From an uncultured Clostridia bacterium (lineage in GTDB: Bacteria > Bacillota > Clostridia > Christensenellales > UBA1242): DNA of 64,000 bases. A program made the translations under genes and the position numbers. The stretch covers positions 230,284 to 294,283 of the forward strand of contig CALVTO010000002.1 in NCBI GenBank assembly GCA_944362705.1, read 5' to 3'. Positions 30,424 through 40,967 of this stretch are shown here, one piece after another; position 1 is the first letter of the stretch, and the number at the start of each line of letters is the position of its first letter. The notes below the pieces were generated by a model. That model worked only from the letters and a program-made list of their open reading frames with translations, did no database searches and was not told where the DNA came from.

Positions 30424-30981
30424 TTATACCTTTTGTTTTTTCTTTTTTTCGTTCTCTTCTAAAAGTTCAATCACTTCTTCTGGTGTATTACAGAAATTAA
30501 AATATTCGTATTGAAATGGTTCTAACGAGCCAGCTTCTAACATAAAGTCGTTCATTTCCTTAATTTTATCGTAAAATCCGTTTATGTTGTAAATAATCAC
30601 TAAATCATCATCGAATTTACTTTTTTTCAAATCGGTTGCCATATATAATTCGCCCAATGTTCCGTTCCCGCCTGGTAAAACAAGGGTAACTTGTGAATTT
30701 CTTAAACCAATTTCTTGCAAATTAAATAGTGTATCTACCACAATGCGCTTACCTTTATTCATGCCGTTTACTTCGTCTGCATAAGCAACAGGAACTAAAA
30801 GTGTTGCATTTTCACTGTGTTGACAGAACGCATGATAAAATGCGCCGATACTGCCTGCGCTTGTGCCCACGCAAAACACACCATAGCCCTTTTTTGCCAA
30901 ATAGGTAGCAATGGTATCTACCCCTTGTAAATATTTTTTATTTAATCTTGCGCTTGCTGAACCTGTGATAAATGCGTTCAT
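30424..30981 (-). CDS. LOG family protein
   Basis: LPGGNGTLGE motif, YNINGFYD. Confidence 0.82.
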   Translation of the reverse strand: MNAFITGSASARLNKKYLQGVDTIATYLAKKGYGVFCVGTSAGSIGAFYHAFCQHSENATLLVPVAYADEVNGMNKGKRIVVDTLFNLQEIGLRNSQVTLVLPGGNGTLGELYMATDLKKSKFDDDLVIIYNINGFYDKIKEMNDFMLEAGSLEPFQYEYFNFCNTPEEVIELLEENEKKKKQKV

Positions 30982-31068
30982 AAATTTCTCCTTATGTAAG
31001 TAGCATTGTAGCACAAATTTTGTTTTATACCAATTATTTTGATAAAAAAATAAAGTGCTTTTTGCACT

Positions 31069-34000
31069 TTATTTTCTTGTTAAACCTGTTTCACGTGATG
31101 CCTCAAATGTTTTTTGTGTAAATTTCAAACCTATATTTTGTAACATTTCGCCATACAACATGATAGATCTATTTTCGATTTCTTTCATGTAATCAAATTG
31201 TCTGCCAAATTGTTGTTCGAAATATAATTGTCGTTGTAGTTCTTGAAAAGCAAACGAAAATTCCACCCACGCTTCATCAAATATAGTTAACAACTCTTTC
31301 GCAAAGTTTTTTGCAAATGCAGTATACGCTTTCTTTTCCTCTTTATTATCTGTATACATTTTGTTTATATTTTCTACGTTGTTTACCAAGGCATTTGCAA
31401 CACATTGCGCCAAGGCACTTAAACGTTGTTTATCCGAACCTTTGTTAAGTTGGTTGGTGTCGTCTTTAACCCATGTATTCCAATTACTACGCACAAAATT
31501 TTCATCAGACTGAAAAACATAATCGTTAAGAGCCCTATCAATGGCTTGTAAATCGCGCGAGCTAGATAGCGTTTTTGTTTCTGCCTTTACGACATTTTCT
31601 AGATAAAAAGATATGACATTTTTTAAAATGTCTGGAAGCTTTTCCACTTCTCCTTTTTCCCCAGACGATATAAGTAAAAGCTGTTGACGCATTTCTGTAG
31701 TAAATTTGCGGTTTTCTGCTTGTATTTTATCTATTTTATACGATTGAATACGACTTAGTTCTGCCATACCCGAAGCGCAATTTTGCGCTCTTTCTAGTAA
31801 AACAAGTGATTTACGATAGTTTCTCTGCATTGTACCTTGTTTTTTCTTTTGATTTTCTGGGCTACTAGCTTCTATGTTAGCATATATCTCAGCACAATTT
31901 TCTAATTCCTTTAATTCAGCATTCGATAAATATTTCACTATATCATCTTGCGCACTTACGTATAAACAAGTCGTACCTTTATCGCCTTGACGACCACTTC
32001 TGCCACGCAATTGGTCGTCTACACGTTGACTTTCAGATAATTGCGTTATAAGCACATGCAAACCACCTTGGCTTTCAATATATGCTTTATCTGCAGCACG
32101 CTGCTTTTCAGGTATAGAACCGTCACTTGCGCCACCGAGTTTAATATCGGTACCACGACCACCAACATTGGTAGTAACCGTAATGGCGTTTCTTTTACCC
32201 GCATTTGCAACAATAGTAGACTCTTTTGCGTTATCTTTTGCGGTTAAGGTTTGCACGTTGGCAAATCCGGCATTTTTTAAGCGCTCGGTAATTTCCAAAG
32301 CCTCTTCTTCATTTGCAGTACCTATTAAAATAGGCACTTGTTTTTTGTGTAAAGTTTGAACATCTTCTACAATTTGCCTATACTTTTCTTCTTTCGTAGC
32401 AAACAACTTTGCTGGTTCATCTACTCTTTGTTTTGGTTTGTGCGTTGGAATAGATACTACATTCATTCCATACACTTCTTCAAATTCCGACGCAGACGAC
32501 ATAGCCGTACCGGTCATACCTGCTTTATTTTCATAAAACGAGAAATATGTTTGTTGGTTGATGGTAGCCAATACAGGGCTTTCATCGGACAAAACGTGAA
32601 ATCTTTTATAAGTTTTATTGATTTCACTATACGGCATGTTTAATACAGAGTCTTTTTCTTCTTCCTTTGAAACGGCCACGCCTTGTTTACGGCGAACATC
32701 TAACAGCGTTGTTCTTCGCATAATACGGGCACCTTGCGCTTCATAAAATAAAAACTCATCGCGCGCTTGCATTTGCTCTAAAACATAAGGTTCGTCTTGC
32801 TCTTTTATTTCAACGGCTTGTTCCAATAATGCAAAATGATCCGAACTGTTTACCCACGAAGAAAATCTTGGGGCTTTTTTTATCGTAATATTTTGCACAA
32901 CTTTGCCGGTTTCGTCGGTAGACACCACGTAATCTTCGTCACGGCGCATACACAAATGCGCCATTTGCGAAGCATGGAATAAGTTTTGCAAGGTTTCATT
33001 TTCTATATGTTTCAGTTTTTCATTTTGATGCGCCAACTCTACACAACGCGCATACCCTTTTTGTGAAAATTGACGATACGTTGTACCAACAACATTTTGA
33101 ATATACACATTGCCTTTGCCGGCATCTTCTTTTATAACCTGCCTTACAATATTGTCTACGAATAATAAAGTTAATAAAGCATTTTTTTCTTTTGCTTCTA
33201 CGGCTTGTTGCACGCCCTCTGTATAGCGCGAAGAAGGCATAATTCTTCCTGTATTTTTATCAAGCAGAACAAAATTACCTGTGCGTTTACCGTTTTCGTT
33301 CGTTACTAGCATGTAATCTTCATTCTTTTTAATTTGTAAATGCGCTCTTTCTGCACGACTAAATACATACAACACATCTGCATCACTTATATATTTCAAT
33401 ACAGGGTGTTGTTCTTTTAATTCAAAAAACCTATCGGTTGCTTCTAATGTAAAACTATCTTGGGAACTGTCTTCACTATGCTGTATATATGGTGTTTGTT
33501 CCGGTTGTAAAGGCGCTTCTTGAATAATTTGGCGCACAATATCATCTACGGCAAATAACACTTCAGACGAATTTATAGAAGTTGCTTTTTGATGCATATT
33601 TTCTCCGCAACTTAATATAAGTGGCGTACGCGCGTTGTCTAACATTAAACTATCGGCTTCATCAAGTACGCACGCATAAAACCCCGTTCTTGGTGGGTTA
33701 TTGGAAGGTTCGCCTACATAAACCGCTTTGGCAATTTCTCGAAGTTCTTCTTCGGTGAGTTCATCCTCGCGCAATTCCCCTAAGGCTTCTGGCTCGCGAG
33801 CACTCACCACGCCTCGCAATAGCAACCTTTTTGTTTCTGTACATCTTGAATCTCTTAAGTAATCAAACCCTATTTCTTTGTCTGTAACATACGTAATATC
33901 TGCCCCATAAGCCATTTGTTTTGCAACATATTCTTTTTTATCACCGCTTTTTAGTGGGTAAACAATGCCTACACTCATACCTAACGTGTTATATACAGGT

Positions 34001-34449
34001 GCATTTTCCTTGGCATCTCTTTCTACCAAATATTGGTTAGCAGACATAACATGCACACCTTTGCCAGCAAGTGCGTGTGTGTACGCAACCAACGCTTGTA
34101 CAAATGTTTTACCTTCACCTGTAGCCATTTCACTTACGTTACCGTTCATCATAGCCAAGCCAGCGAGTAGTTGTTCATCGTACAAAACAATTTTTCCTTC
34201 TGTTTGTAAAATAAATGCTGCACGCACCAAAGCAAATGCCTCTGTTACAACATTTTCTAATGATTCTTTTCCACCTTGCACACGCAATTTTAATTCTTGC
34301 GACGATTGCAACAATGCAGTTTTTAGCCCTTCCGCATTTGTAATCGTATAAGCGCCGTTTTGTACACGCACAAAAGGAGCAAGCAACTCATCACACTGTG
34401 AATGAATTTCCTGTACTTGTTTTTCCATATTTTTTGTAATATGTGCCAT
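31069..34449 (-). CDS. Divergent SecA-family DEAD ATPase (accessory paralog)
   Basis: EMATGEGKT, FDYLRD, DEADS, GMTGT, GRGTDIKLG, QLRGRSGRQGD; large insertions; no SEC-C tail. Confidence 0.88.
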   Translation of the reverse strand: MAHITKNMEKQVQEIHSQCDELLAPFVRVQNGAYTITNAEGLKTALLQSSQELKLRVQGGKESLENVVTEAFALVRAAFILQTEGKIVLYDEQLLAGLAMMNGNVSEMATGEGKTFVQALVAYTHALAGKGVHVMSANQYLVERDAKENAPVYNTLGMSVGIVYPLKSGDKKEYVAKQMAYGADITYVTDKEIGFDYLRDSRCTETKRLLLRGVVSAREPEALGELREDELTEEELREIAKAVYVGEPSNNPPRTGFYACVLDEADSLMLDNARTPLILSCGENMHQKATSINSSEVLFAVDDIVRQIIQEAPLQPEQTPYIQHSEDSSQDSFTLEATDRFFELKEQHPVLKYISDADVLYVFSRAERAHLQIKKNEDYMLVTNENGKRTGNFVLLDKNTGRIMPSSRYTEGVQQAVEAKEKNALLTLLFVDNIVRQVIKEDAGKGNVYIQNVVGTTYRQFSQKGYARCVELAHQNEKLKHIENETLQNLFHASQMAHLCMRRDEDYVVSTDETGKVVQNITIKKAPRFSSWVNSSDHFALLEQAVEIKEQDEPYVLEQMQARDEFLFYEAQGARIMRRTTLLDVRRKQGVAVSKEEEKDSVLNMPYSEINKTYKRFHVLSDESPVLATINQQTYFSFYENKAGMTGTAMSSASEFEEVYGMNVVSIPTHKPKQRVDEPAKLFATKEEKYRQIVEDVQTLHKKQVPILIGTANEEEALEITERLKNAGFANVQTLTAKDNAKESTIVANAGKRNAITVTTNVGGRGTDIKLGGASDGSIPEKQRAADKAYIESQGGLHVLITQLSESQRVDDQLRGRSGRQGDKGTTCLYVSAQDDIVKYLSNAELKELENCAEIYANIEASSPENQKKKQGTMQRNYRKSLVLLERAQNCASGMAELSRIQSYKIDKIQAENRKFTTEMRQQLLLISSGEKGEVEKLPDILKNVISFYLENVVKAETKTLSSSRDLQAIDRALNDYVFQSDENFVRSNWNTWVKDDTNQLNKGSDKQRLSALAQCVANALVNNVENINKMYTDNKEEKKAYTAFAKNFAKELLTIFDEAWVEFSFAFQELQRQLYFEQQFGRQFDYMKEIENRSIMLYGEMLQNIGLKFTQKTFEASRETGLTRK

Positions 34450-34608
34450 ACAGTTTCCCCCTTTTTTTTTGTGTATAGTATACCACATAACAATTGTAAA
34501 TGCAATAGTTGCCTCTTTTTTTATATAACCTTATAAAAATTACAATATTTTTTGTTTTTAGTTGTAGCAAATGCAAAAAATTGTGTATACTACAAACAAG
34601 GAGATTGT

Positions 34609-35319
34609 ATGCTAAACATAGAAAATATATCTTATAAAGTACAGAACGCGCAACGAGAAGATATTTTACAAAACATATCTTTATCTTTTCCCGAAAATAA
34701 AATTACGGTTATCACCGGTCCTAATGGAAGCGGAAAATCTACCCTTTTAAAACTCATTGCCGGAATTTTACAACCAACGTCTGGAAAAATTTGTCTAAAC
34801 AAACAAGATATTACGCCACTTTCGGTTACAAAACGCGCAAATTTAGGCATAACCCTTGCGTGGCAACAACCCGTAAGATTTAAAGGTATTACCGTAAAAC
34901 AATTACTTACGTTTGCCAACCCAAACTGCGCACAACTTTCTACTGCTTGTTCCGCTTTGGCGCGCGTTGGTTTATGCGCAAAAAATTATGTCAACCGCCT
35001 TGCTGACGAATCTTTATCTGGTGGCGAACTAAAACGCATTGAACTAGCCTGCGCACTTGCAAAAGGTGGCAATATTTTACTGTTTGATGAACCTGAAGCA
35101 GGCATTGATTTATGGAGTTTTACCCAGTTAACCCACATGTTTACATCTATTCAAAATGCCACCATTATTATTGTAAGTCATCAGACAAAAATTTTAGAAA
35201 TTGCAGATTACATTTGTCTTTTTCAGGAAGATGGTTCTGCAATATTAGATACGAAGCAAAAGCTTTTGCCTAAAATTCAACAAACCCCTACTTGTCAAAA
35301 ATTACAAGAGGAGGTGTAA
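34609..35319 (+). CDS. SufC/SmsC-like ABC ATPase
   Basis: GPNGSGKS, QQPVRFKG, LSGGELKRIE, DEPEAGIDLWSF. Confidence 0.85.
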   Translation: MLNIENISYKVQNAQREDILQNISLSFPENKITVITGPNGSGKSTLLKLIAGILQPTSGKICLNKQDITPLSVTKRANLGITLAWQQPVRFKGITVKQLLTFANPNCAQLSTACSALARVGLCAKNYVNRLADESLSGGELKRIELACALAKGGNILLFDEPEAGIDLWSFTQLTHMFTSIQNATIIIVSHQTKILEIADYICLFQEDGSAILDTKQKLLPKIQQTPTCQKLQEEV

Positions 35320-35320
35320 T

Positions 35321-36235
35321 ATGCAAATAAAGGATTCTTTATTACAACAACTTACATTTATGCACAGTGTTCCACAAGGGGCGTATTCTCTTCGCGTGAA
35401 TGGTAAAACGGAAACTGTACAAAATTCGGCACATATACATATTGAGCGTAAACCCGATGGTTCTGGCTTAACTGTGCGTGTAGATGCGCAGACAAAAAAT
35501 GAAAGTCTGCACATGCCTGTTGTGGTGAGCCAAACGGGCTTAAATGAAACGGTAACCAACGATTTTTACATTGGTGAAAATGCAGAAGTTACGATTGTAG
35601 CTGGTTGCGGTATACACAACACAGGCGAAAAACAAAGCGCACACAATGGGGTGCATGCATTTTATGTGGGAAAAAACGCCAAACTAACTTATATGGAAAA
35701 ACACATAGCTAGCGGAAATAAAACTTCTAGTAAAGAATTAAACCCAACCACCGTTTTATACTTAAAAGAGAATGCAACATGTACACTAGATACAACGCAA
35801 ACAGAAGGCGTAACTTTGGCTAACCGCATAACCAAAGCTTATGTGGGCAAAAACGCAACGCTAATTATAAAAGAAAAAATAAAAACGCGCGGAACGGAAG
35901 AAGCTCATACAAATTTTTTAGTAGAACTCTTAGAAGACGGCGCACGTGTAGAAGTTACCAGCCGTAGCGTTGCCTCCGAAAATTCAAAGCAAAGTTTTGT
36001 TTCTACCGTTACCGGTAAAGCGGAAAGTTTTGGGCATGTATCGTGCGATGCAATTGTTTTAAACAACGCCAAAGTATCTTCTACCCCAACTGTGGTCTGC
36101 GAACACCCTTCCGCAACATTAGTACATGAAGCAGCCATTGGGAAAATTGCAAGTGACCAACTTCTAAAACTTATGACATTAGGCTTAACTCAAGAAGAAG
36201 CTGAAAATGCCATTATTGAGGGTTTTTTACAATAA
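35321..36235 (+). CDS. SufB/SufD-family (SmsB-like) Fe-S scaffold
   Basis: IVAGCGIHN, GHVSCDA, LVHEAAIGKIA..QLLKLMTLGL. Confidence 0.88.
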   Translation: MQIKDSLLQQLTFMHSVPQGAYSLRVNGKTETVQNSAHIHIERKPDGSGLTVRVDAQTKNESLHMPVVVSQTGLNETVTNDFYIGENAEVTIVAGCGIHNTGEKQSAHNGVHAFYVGKNAKLTYMEKHIASGNKTSSKELNPTTVLYLKENATCTLDTTQTEGVTLANRITKAYVGKNATLIIKEKIKTRGTEEAHTNFLVELLEDGARVEVTSRSVASENSKQSFVSTVTGKAESFGHVSCDAIVLNNAKVSSTPTVVCEHPSATLVHEAAIGKIASDQLLKLMTLGLTQEEAENAIIEGFLQ

Positions 36236-36307
36236 ACCTTTTTACATTGACTTTTTTGTTGTGTCATTTTATACTAAATACACATACTATTTTAAAAGAG
36301 GTGGCAT

Positions 36308-36418
36308 ATGTTGGGTAAAAAATTCGGCATTTTGCGTTTTATTTTATTTTTAGTCATTGCCATCATTGCACTGGCGTTACTTTTTAAGGGTATTGTTTCA
36401 GGAGTTATTACACAATAA
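36308..36418 (+). CDS. Small membrane protein (36 aa, below ORF-track cutoff)
   Basis: GAGGTG SD; MLGKKFGILRFILFLVIAIIALALLFKGIVSGVITQ*; stop 1 nt before the next ATG. Confidence 0.7.
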   Translation: MLGKKFGILRFILFLVIAIIALALLFKGIVSGVITQ

Positions 36419-36419
36419 T

Positions 36420-37349
36420 ATGAAAAAAAACAAGGTCGCAAAGTTTTTACTTAATTTAAGTATTGTTATTGTTGTGCTTGCCAGTATTTTGCTAGGTGGC
36501 TATTTTGCGATTGATAAAATTATTGTGCCAAAATATTTTTCTGAATATGGCATATATAACATGAACGATCTTGTAAATATTATGAAAACTCTTTACACTT
36601 CGCCTAACGAGAAAAACTTTATTACCAACCCATATACTTCTTACGATACGCAAAACGCTGTTCGAAAACTTGCAAATGCCGGTTTTCATTTAAAGCCGGG
36701 CTCTACCGATGAGCTTGATTACGATGCCATTGCCGAAGGCACAGGGTTTACACTCAACCCTGACATAGACTTTGTAGAACTTAACGACTGCGAAATTGCA
36801 GGTATTTTAAACCAAATGCTAGCATCGGGTGTACTCGGCAGATATTTACCAAACTTAGATTATTTAAACACCATTAATATGGAAGCACGCGAAGTTGTTA
36901 TAACACCAACCATAACAAATCATGTGCTAGACCCATATTCCGCCAACATTTCAGTTGTTATTAAGTTAGACACATCTGACGTTCGCTCGCAAATGGCAAG
37001 TTATATGGACGTTCCAATATTCTTATTAAACATGATTGTTCCTGAAACTATTTACATTGAATCTTCTATGGATGTTAGTATAGACGAAGACCAAAACTGG
37101 AAACACTCGAACACCTTTATTTATATTAACGGAAGAACGCAAGAACAAAGCGAAAAATTGTTAGAATTGCTTATTTCATTTATATTTCCTGTAGAAGAAG
37201 AAATGACGCTTGATAAATTTTCAGAAACCATGGGCGAACTTTTAGAATACGGTTTAAAAATGATGGGAGACGTGCAATTTACAAACGCTATTGCTACCGA
37301 TAACGCATCTTCGTCTAAAAACGGTATTCATGTAACCATAAAAAAATAG
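36420..37349 (+). CDS. Hypothetical N-terminally anchored membrane protein
   Basis: Start MKKNKVAK at 36420, single TM, acidic external domain. Confidence 0.7.
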   Translation: MKKNKVAKFLLNLSIVIVVLASILLGGYFAIDKIIVPKYFSEYGIYNMNDLVNIMKTLYTSPNEKNFITNPYTSYDTQNAVRKLANAGFHLKPGSTDELDYDAIAEGTGFTLNPDIDFVELNDCEIAGILNQMLASGVLGRYLPNLDYLNTINMEAREVVITPTITNHVLDPYSANISVVIKLDTSDVRSQMASYMDVPIFLLNMIVPETIYIESSMDVSIDEDQNWKHSNTFIYINGRTQEQSEKLLELLISFIFPVEEEMTLDKFSETMGELLEYGLKMMGDVQFTNAIATDNASSSKNGIHVTIKK

Positions 37350-37355
37350 AAGAAT

Positions 37356-37385
37356 AGAAAAGCGCCCTTATAAGGGTGCTTTTCT
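37356..37385. terminator. Bidirectional terminator
   Basis: AGAAAAGCGCCCTTA-TAAGGGTGCTTTTCT. Confidence 0.75.
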
Positions 37386-38716
37386 TATTTGCGCTGTAAT
37401 ATTTGTTTTTTATATGTTGTAAAGTCTAAAGTAATCGTTTCATCTGCTTTTATTAAAAGCACAACGTTTCCGCGTTTTTGCATTTCTCGCAAGCGCTCTA
37501 AACATAATACATACAGCTCGTTTAAGTGTTTTTTTATATACCTGTATTCGCGCATTAGGCTATCTTGCTTTAGCACTTCCCCGTATTTTATGTACGCATA
37601 CAGTTTACCTATTTGCTTGGTAGGCTTTTGGTAATATATATCTACCCCGTCTTTTAATTGCTTTTCTACCATTTTTTTCTTTTCTTCGGTTATTTCTATG
37701 TTGAAAACTTCGTGTAGAAATTCTGGTATTATCGTTAAGCACTTAGCAACATCTCCGTCTTTTAAGCAAGGCTCTAAATACAAACTTGCAACACCTGCGC
37801 TACACCCATACGAAAAACCAACAGAATAACAAATATTATGTTTTTGTCTAAAAAAATCCAAATCCATTCTATATAGCAGCATGTTCATAATGGTTGTTAT
37901 CATTTTTTCTTTTCGCAAATTGTTTGTAGCAGGAGCGTGCACCTCACAATTTATGTATGCATAACTTAATCTCTCTTTTGCGCTCTTACTATATCCATTC
38001 TTTTTAAATTCTTCTCGCATATCTCGAAAAGAAATAAATTTAGGCGTATACGTCACCGGTAAAGAACATAACACCGTTTTTCTTAATAATTCCATAATTT
38101 TTCTATATGAAACATTGCCACATACACCTATACATAACCGTTCTTGCACCAAAGCCGTTTGAATATAGTTGTATACATCTTCAACCGTAATTTTATCTAA
38201 TTCTTCTGGCGCCCCTATAATATCTATATACTGCTTATGATATTTTTTAGGAATTACCGTGTTGGCGTACATAATCGACATAGGCGATTCTTGAAACATT
38301 TTGTCATTTCTTTCAATTTTTACAATACGTTTTTGTATTTCTAACTCTTCTGGCGTCAGTTGCAAATTGACAATTCCATCCATAACAAACTCTAACCAAG
38401 GTAACAATTCTTCTTTGCTACATAAATTATTAAACTCTATGTAGTAACTTGAAGTTGCCCCATTGCTAGCGCTAAAATTTCTTTTTATTTTTATGCGCTC
38501 TTCTTTTGTATGATTTTTTGTTGGAGATGACAAAATAATGTGTTCGCATAAATGCGCAATTCCCTGTGGAAAATCTAGCCCTTGGGGTTTTGGTAAATGC
38601 TCGACAAAAGAACGCCCAAACGTTAAAGAAATTCCTACCATTTTATTGATGTTGACATAACGATAAAATAATTTTGCACCTTTATGCAATGTTTTTATTT
38701 TCATTTTTCTTATCAT
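37385..38716 (-). CDS. M16 (insulinase) family peptidase, divergent
   Basis: GIAHLCEHI (HxxEH), NGATS, IVKIE, R...ICY. Confidence 0.8.
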   Translation of the reverse strand: MIRKMKIKTLHKGAKLFYRYVNINKMVGISLTFGRSFVEHLPKPQGLDFPQGIAHLCEHIILSSPTKNHTKEERIKIKRNFSASNGATSSYYIEFNNLCSKEELLPWLEFVMDGIVNLQLTPEELEIQKRIVKIERNDKMFQESPMSIMYANTVIPKKYHKQYIDIIGAPEELDKITVEDVYNYIQTALVQERLCIGVCGNVSYRKIMELLRKTVLCSLPVTYTPKFISFRDMREEFKKNGYSKSAKERLSYAYINCEVHAPATNNLRKEKMITTIMNMLLYRMDLDFFRQKHNICYSVGFSYGCSAGVASLYLEPCLKDGDVAKCLTIIPEFLHEVFNIEITEEKKKMVEKQLKDGVDIYYQKPTKQIGKLYAYIKYGEVLKQDSLMREYRYIKKHLNELYVLCLERLREMQKRGNVVLLIKADETITLDFTTYKKQILQRK

Positions 38717-38756
38717 TTCCGTTCTTCCCTATTCACCATTTTTTGTTTTTGTCATT

Positions 38757-39178
38757 TTATATACTTGTGCAATCTTTTTTAAAACTTGGCATTGGTTCAA
38801 GTGCATCTTCTTTTGCATATACACACATAGAAATATCTGCTTTTATAAACTGCTTTGCACGTATCATTTCTTCGGCTGTAAACATTTTTGTACATACACG
38901 GGCGAAAAACTCTGGCAACAAATTTTGTATCGTTTCTATATTTTCAAATTTTGATTCTAATGCCAAGAACAAACTTAACCTACACTTACAAGTAATATAT
39001 TCCACGTTTAACGCATAGCACCACGCTCTTTTTTTCGAAAAAATTTCCACGCCTTTTATTTTATCAACGCGTTCACACGTTTTTCTATGCAGTTTTCTTG
39101 TAAAGTATTGCTGGAAACATAAGGTAATATAAACTCGCAAAATACATGGCCCAATGTATGCTTATTTTCATACACCAC
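38757..39178 (-). pseudogene. Hypothetical gene, possibly frameshifted near 39060
   Basis: SD-associated starts at 39171-39178 are out of frame with the 38757-39140 ORF; one extra A at ATAAAATAAAA would join them. Confidence 0.3.
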
Positions 39179-39281
39179 CCGTCCTTTTCGTTATTTTTTA
39201 TATCATACCATATTTTATATATTTTTCAATAAACATTCGTTATTCTTTGCAAAACTTTTTTGTTTATGGCATAATAACACT

Positions 39282-39965
39282 ATGAAAAAAGAACAAAATC
39301 AACAAAAAATATACAAAAATAACGCAGGAACTATTTTATTTTTTATTGCTCTGCTTACCATTGCATGTATTGCTTTTGCTGTTTATGGGTACATAAAACA
39401 TATGCTTTCTTCAACATGGATTGTGATTTTAAGTTTACTTGCTGTGGCATGTATTCTTTTCTTTGCATTAACGATTGAATATTATAATAAATTTGTTAAG
39501 GTTTCGCATAAAGTAGACGAAAGTCTTTCCAGTATTGATGTACACCTAAAACAAAGGTTTGATTTAATTCCTAATTTGGTAGAAATTGTGAAAGGCTATG
39601 CTACACACGAACAAGAAACATTTTTGAAAATAACTGAACTTCGCGCAAAACAACAAGCAACGGCATCTACGGAAGAAACCATTCAACTTGCAAACCAAGC
39701 ACTACCACTTATGAACCGACTGATTGCCGTAAAAGAAAATTATCCTAATTTAAAAGCCAACCAAATGTTTTTAAAATTACAGCGAGAATTAGTTGCTTGT
39801 GAAGGAAAAATTGCAGCCGCACGTAGGTTCTATATTAGTAATGTAAACCAATACAACACACTTGCGCAAAGTTTTCCAAGCAATGTGGTTGCTCGCATGT
39901 TTGGGTTTCGCACAAAACCATTATTTACCATAGATATTCGCGAAACCAATACTCCAACTGTATAA
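39282..39965 (+). CDS. LemA family protein (second paralog, two TMs)
   Basis: QRFDLIPNLVEIVKGYATHE, ENYPNLKAN, FPSNVVA. Confidence 0.9.
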   Translation: MKKEQNQQKIYKNNAGTILFFIALLTIACIAFAVYGYIKHMLSSTWIVILSLLAVACILFFALTIEYYNKFVKVSHKVDESLSSIDVHLKQRFDLIPNLVEIVKGYATHEQETFLKITELRAKQQATASTEETIQLANQALPLMNRLIAVKENYPNLKANQMFLKLQRELVACEGKIAAARRFYISNVNQYNTLAQSFPSNVVARMFGFRTKPLFTIDIRETNTPTV

Positions 39966-39976
39966 AGGAAATATAT

Positions 39977-40918
39977 ATGATATCAAAACAAGAAGTGCAA
40001 CAGTTGTTAGAAAACAACGAAAATGTACATAAAATTTTAGAAAAAATAGAAAACGAAAACAAACAATCGACTAAAATGCGTAAAATATCTATTACGTTTT
40101 CCGTGCTTATTATATTGTTGGCCGTTATAGTTATTGCTGGGGTTGTTTTGCGCTGGCTTCCTAAAAACGCCTTACAATATATTTTAATTGTTGCAGCTGT
40201 TTTATGTATGGTATGGGTTTTTGCCACCACTATGGCGGAAAGCAAAAGCTCAAAAAAGAAAAAGGTATTAAAAATAAAAACGCCACTTATACGCTATATT
40301 ATGGAAGATAAAGTTGTGTTTAAAGAAAATGCACACCTTTCTTTACATCGAGCTTTGCAAAGCAATCTATTTTATAGCGATGTACCTATCACGAAATGTG
40401 AAGGCGAAGATTTATTTATTATAAAACACCCTTATATTGGTACAAAAATTTTACTTTCAGATATTGTTTTAACAGGTACGTATTCTTTACCCGAAGCCCC
40501 AGAGAAAGTGTATACAAAAGAAATTTTCCGCGGTATGTTTGGGTTTGCAGTATTTCCAAAACCTTTTAGTTTTGAAATGCATATCAATCATTCTAAGTCA
40601 AACATGAAACCCGTTGTTTTAGAATCCATAGAGTTTAATCAATATTTTCAAGTATACGCAACCGACGAAGTTATGTGCAGAACACTTTTAACTGTAGATT
40701 TTATGGAAGATTTATTACAATTTGTAAAACCCTATAAAGCCACATTTAAATTGTGCATGCACGAAAATATTGTATTCTTTTCTCGCAGTACACCCCTACT
40801 AGAACCTAATGTACAAAACGACAGTATTACTTGGGAAACCATAGAACCCTTATATAACGATTTAGCTTTTATTGAAAAATTTGATAAAGCTTTTGTAAAA
40901 AATAATCACATGTTTTAA
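39977..40918 (+). CDS. DUF3137-like membrane protein
   Basis: Two TMs, IFRGMF, LESIEFNQYFQVY..D...R.LLT..FME; typical lemA neighbour. Confidence 0.75.
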   Translation: MISKQEVQQLLENNENVHKILEKIENENKQSTKMRKISITFSVLIILLAVIVIAGVVLRWLPKNALQYILIVAAVLCMVWVFATTMAESKSSKKKKVLKIKTPLIRYIMEDKVVFKENAHLSLHRALQSNLFYSDVPITKCEGEDLFIIKHPYIGTKILLSDIVLTGTYSLPEAPEKVYTKEIFRGMFGFAVFPKPFSFEMHINHSKSNMKPVVLESIEFNQYFQVYATDEVMCRTLLTVDFMEDLLQFVKPYKATFKLCMHENIVFFSRSTPLLEPNVQNDSITWETIEPLYNDLAFIEKFDKAFVKNNHMF

Positions 40919-40967
40919 AAATTTATGTATGAAAAAAAGACCGCAAATAGCGGTTTTTTTATACCAA

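Noticed and set aside
36308-36418. Suspected homopolymer frameshift in the small membrane ORF
   Set aside because: Recounting shows an intact 37-codon frame
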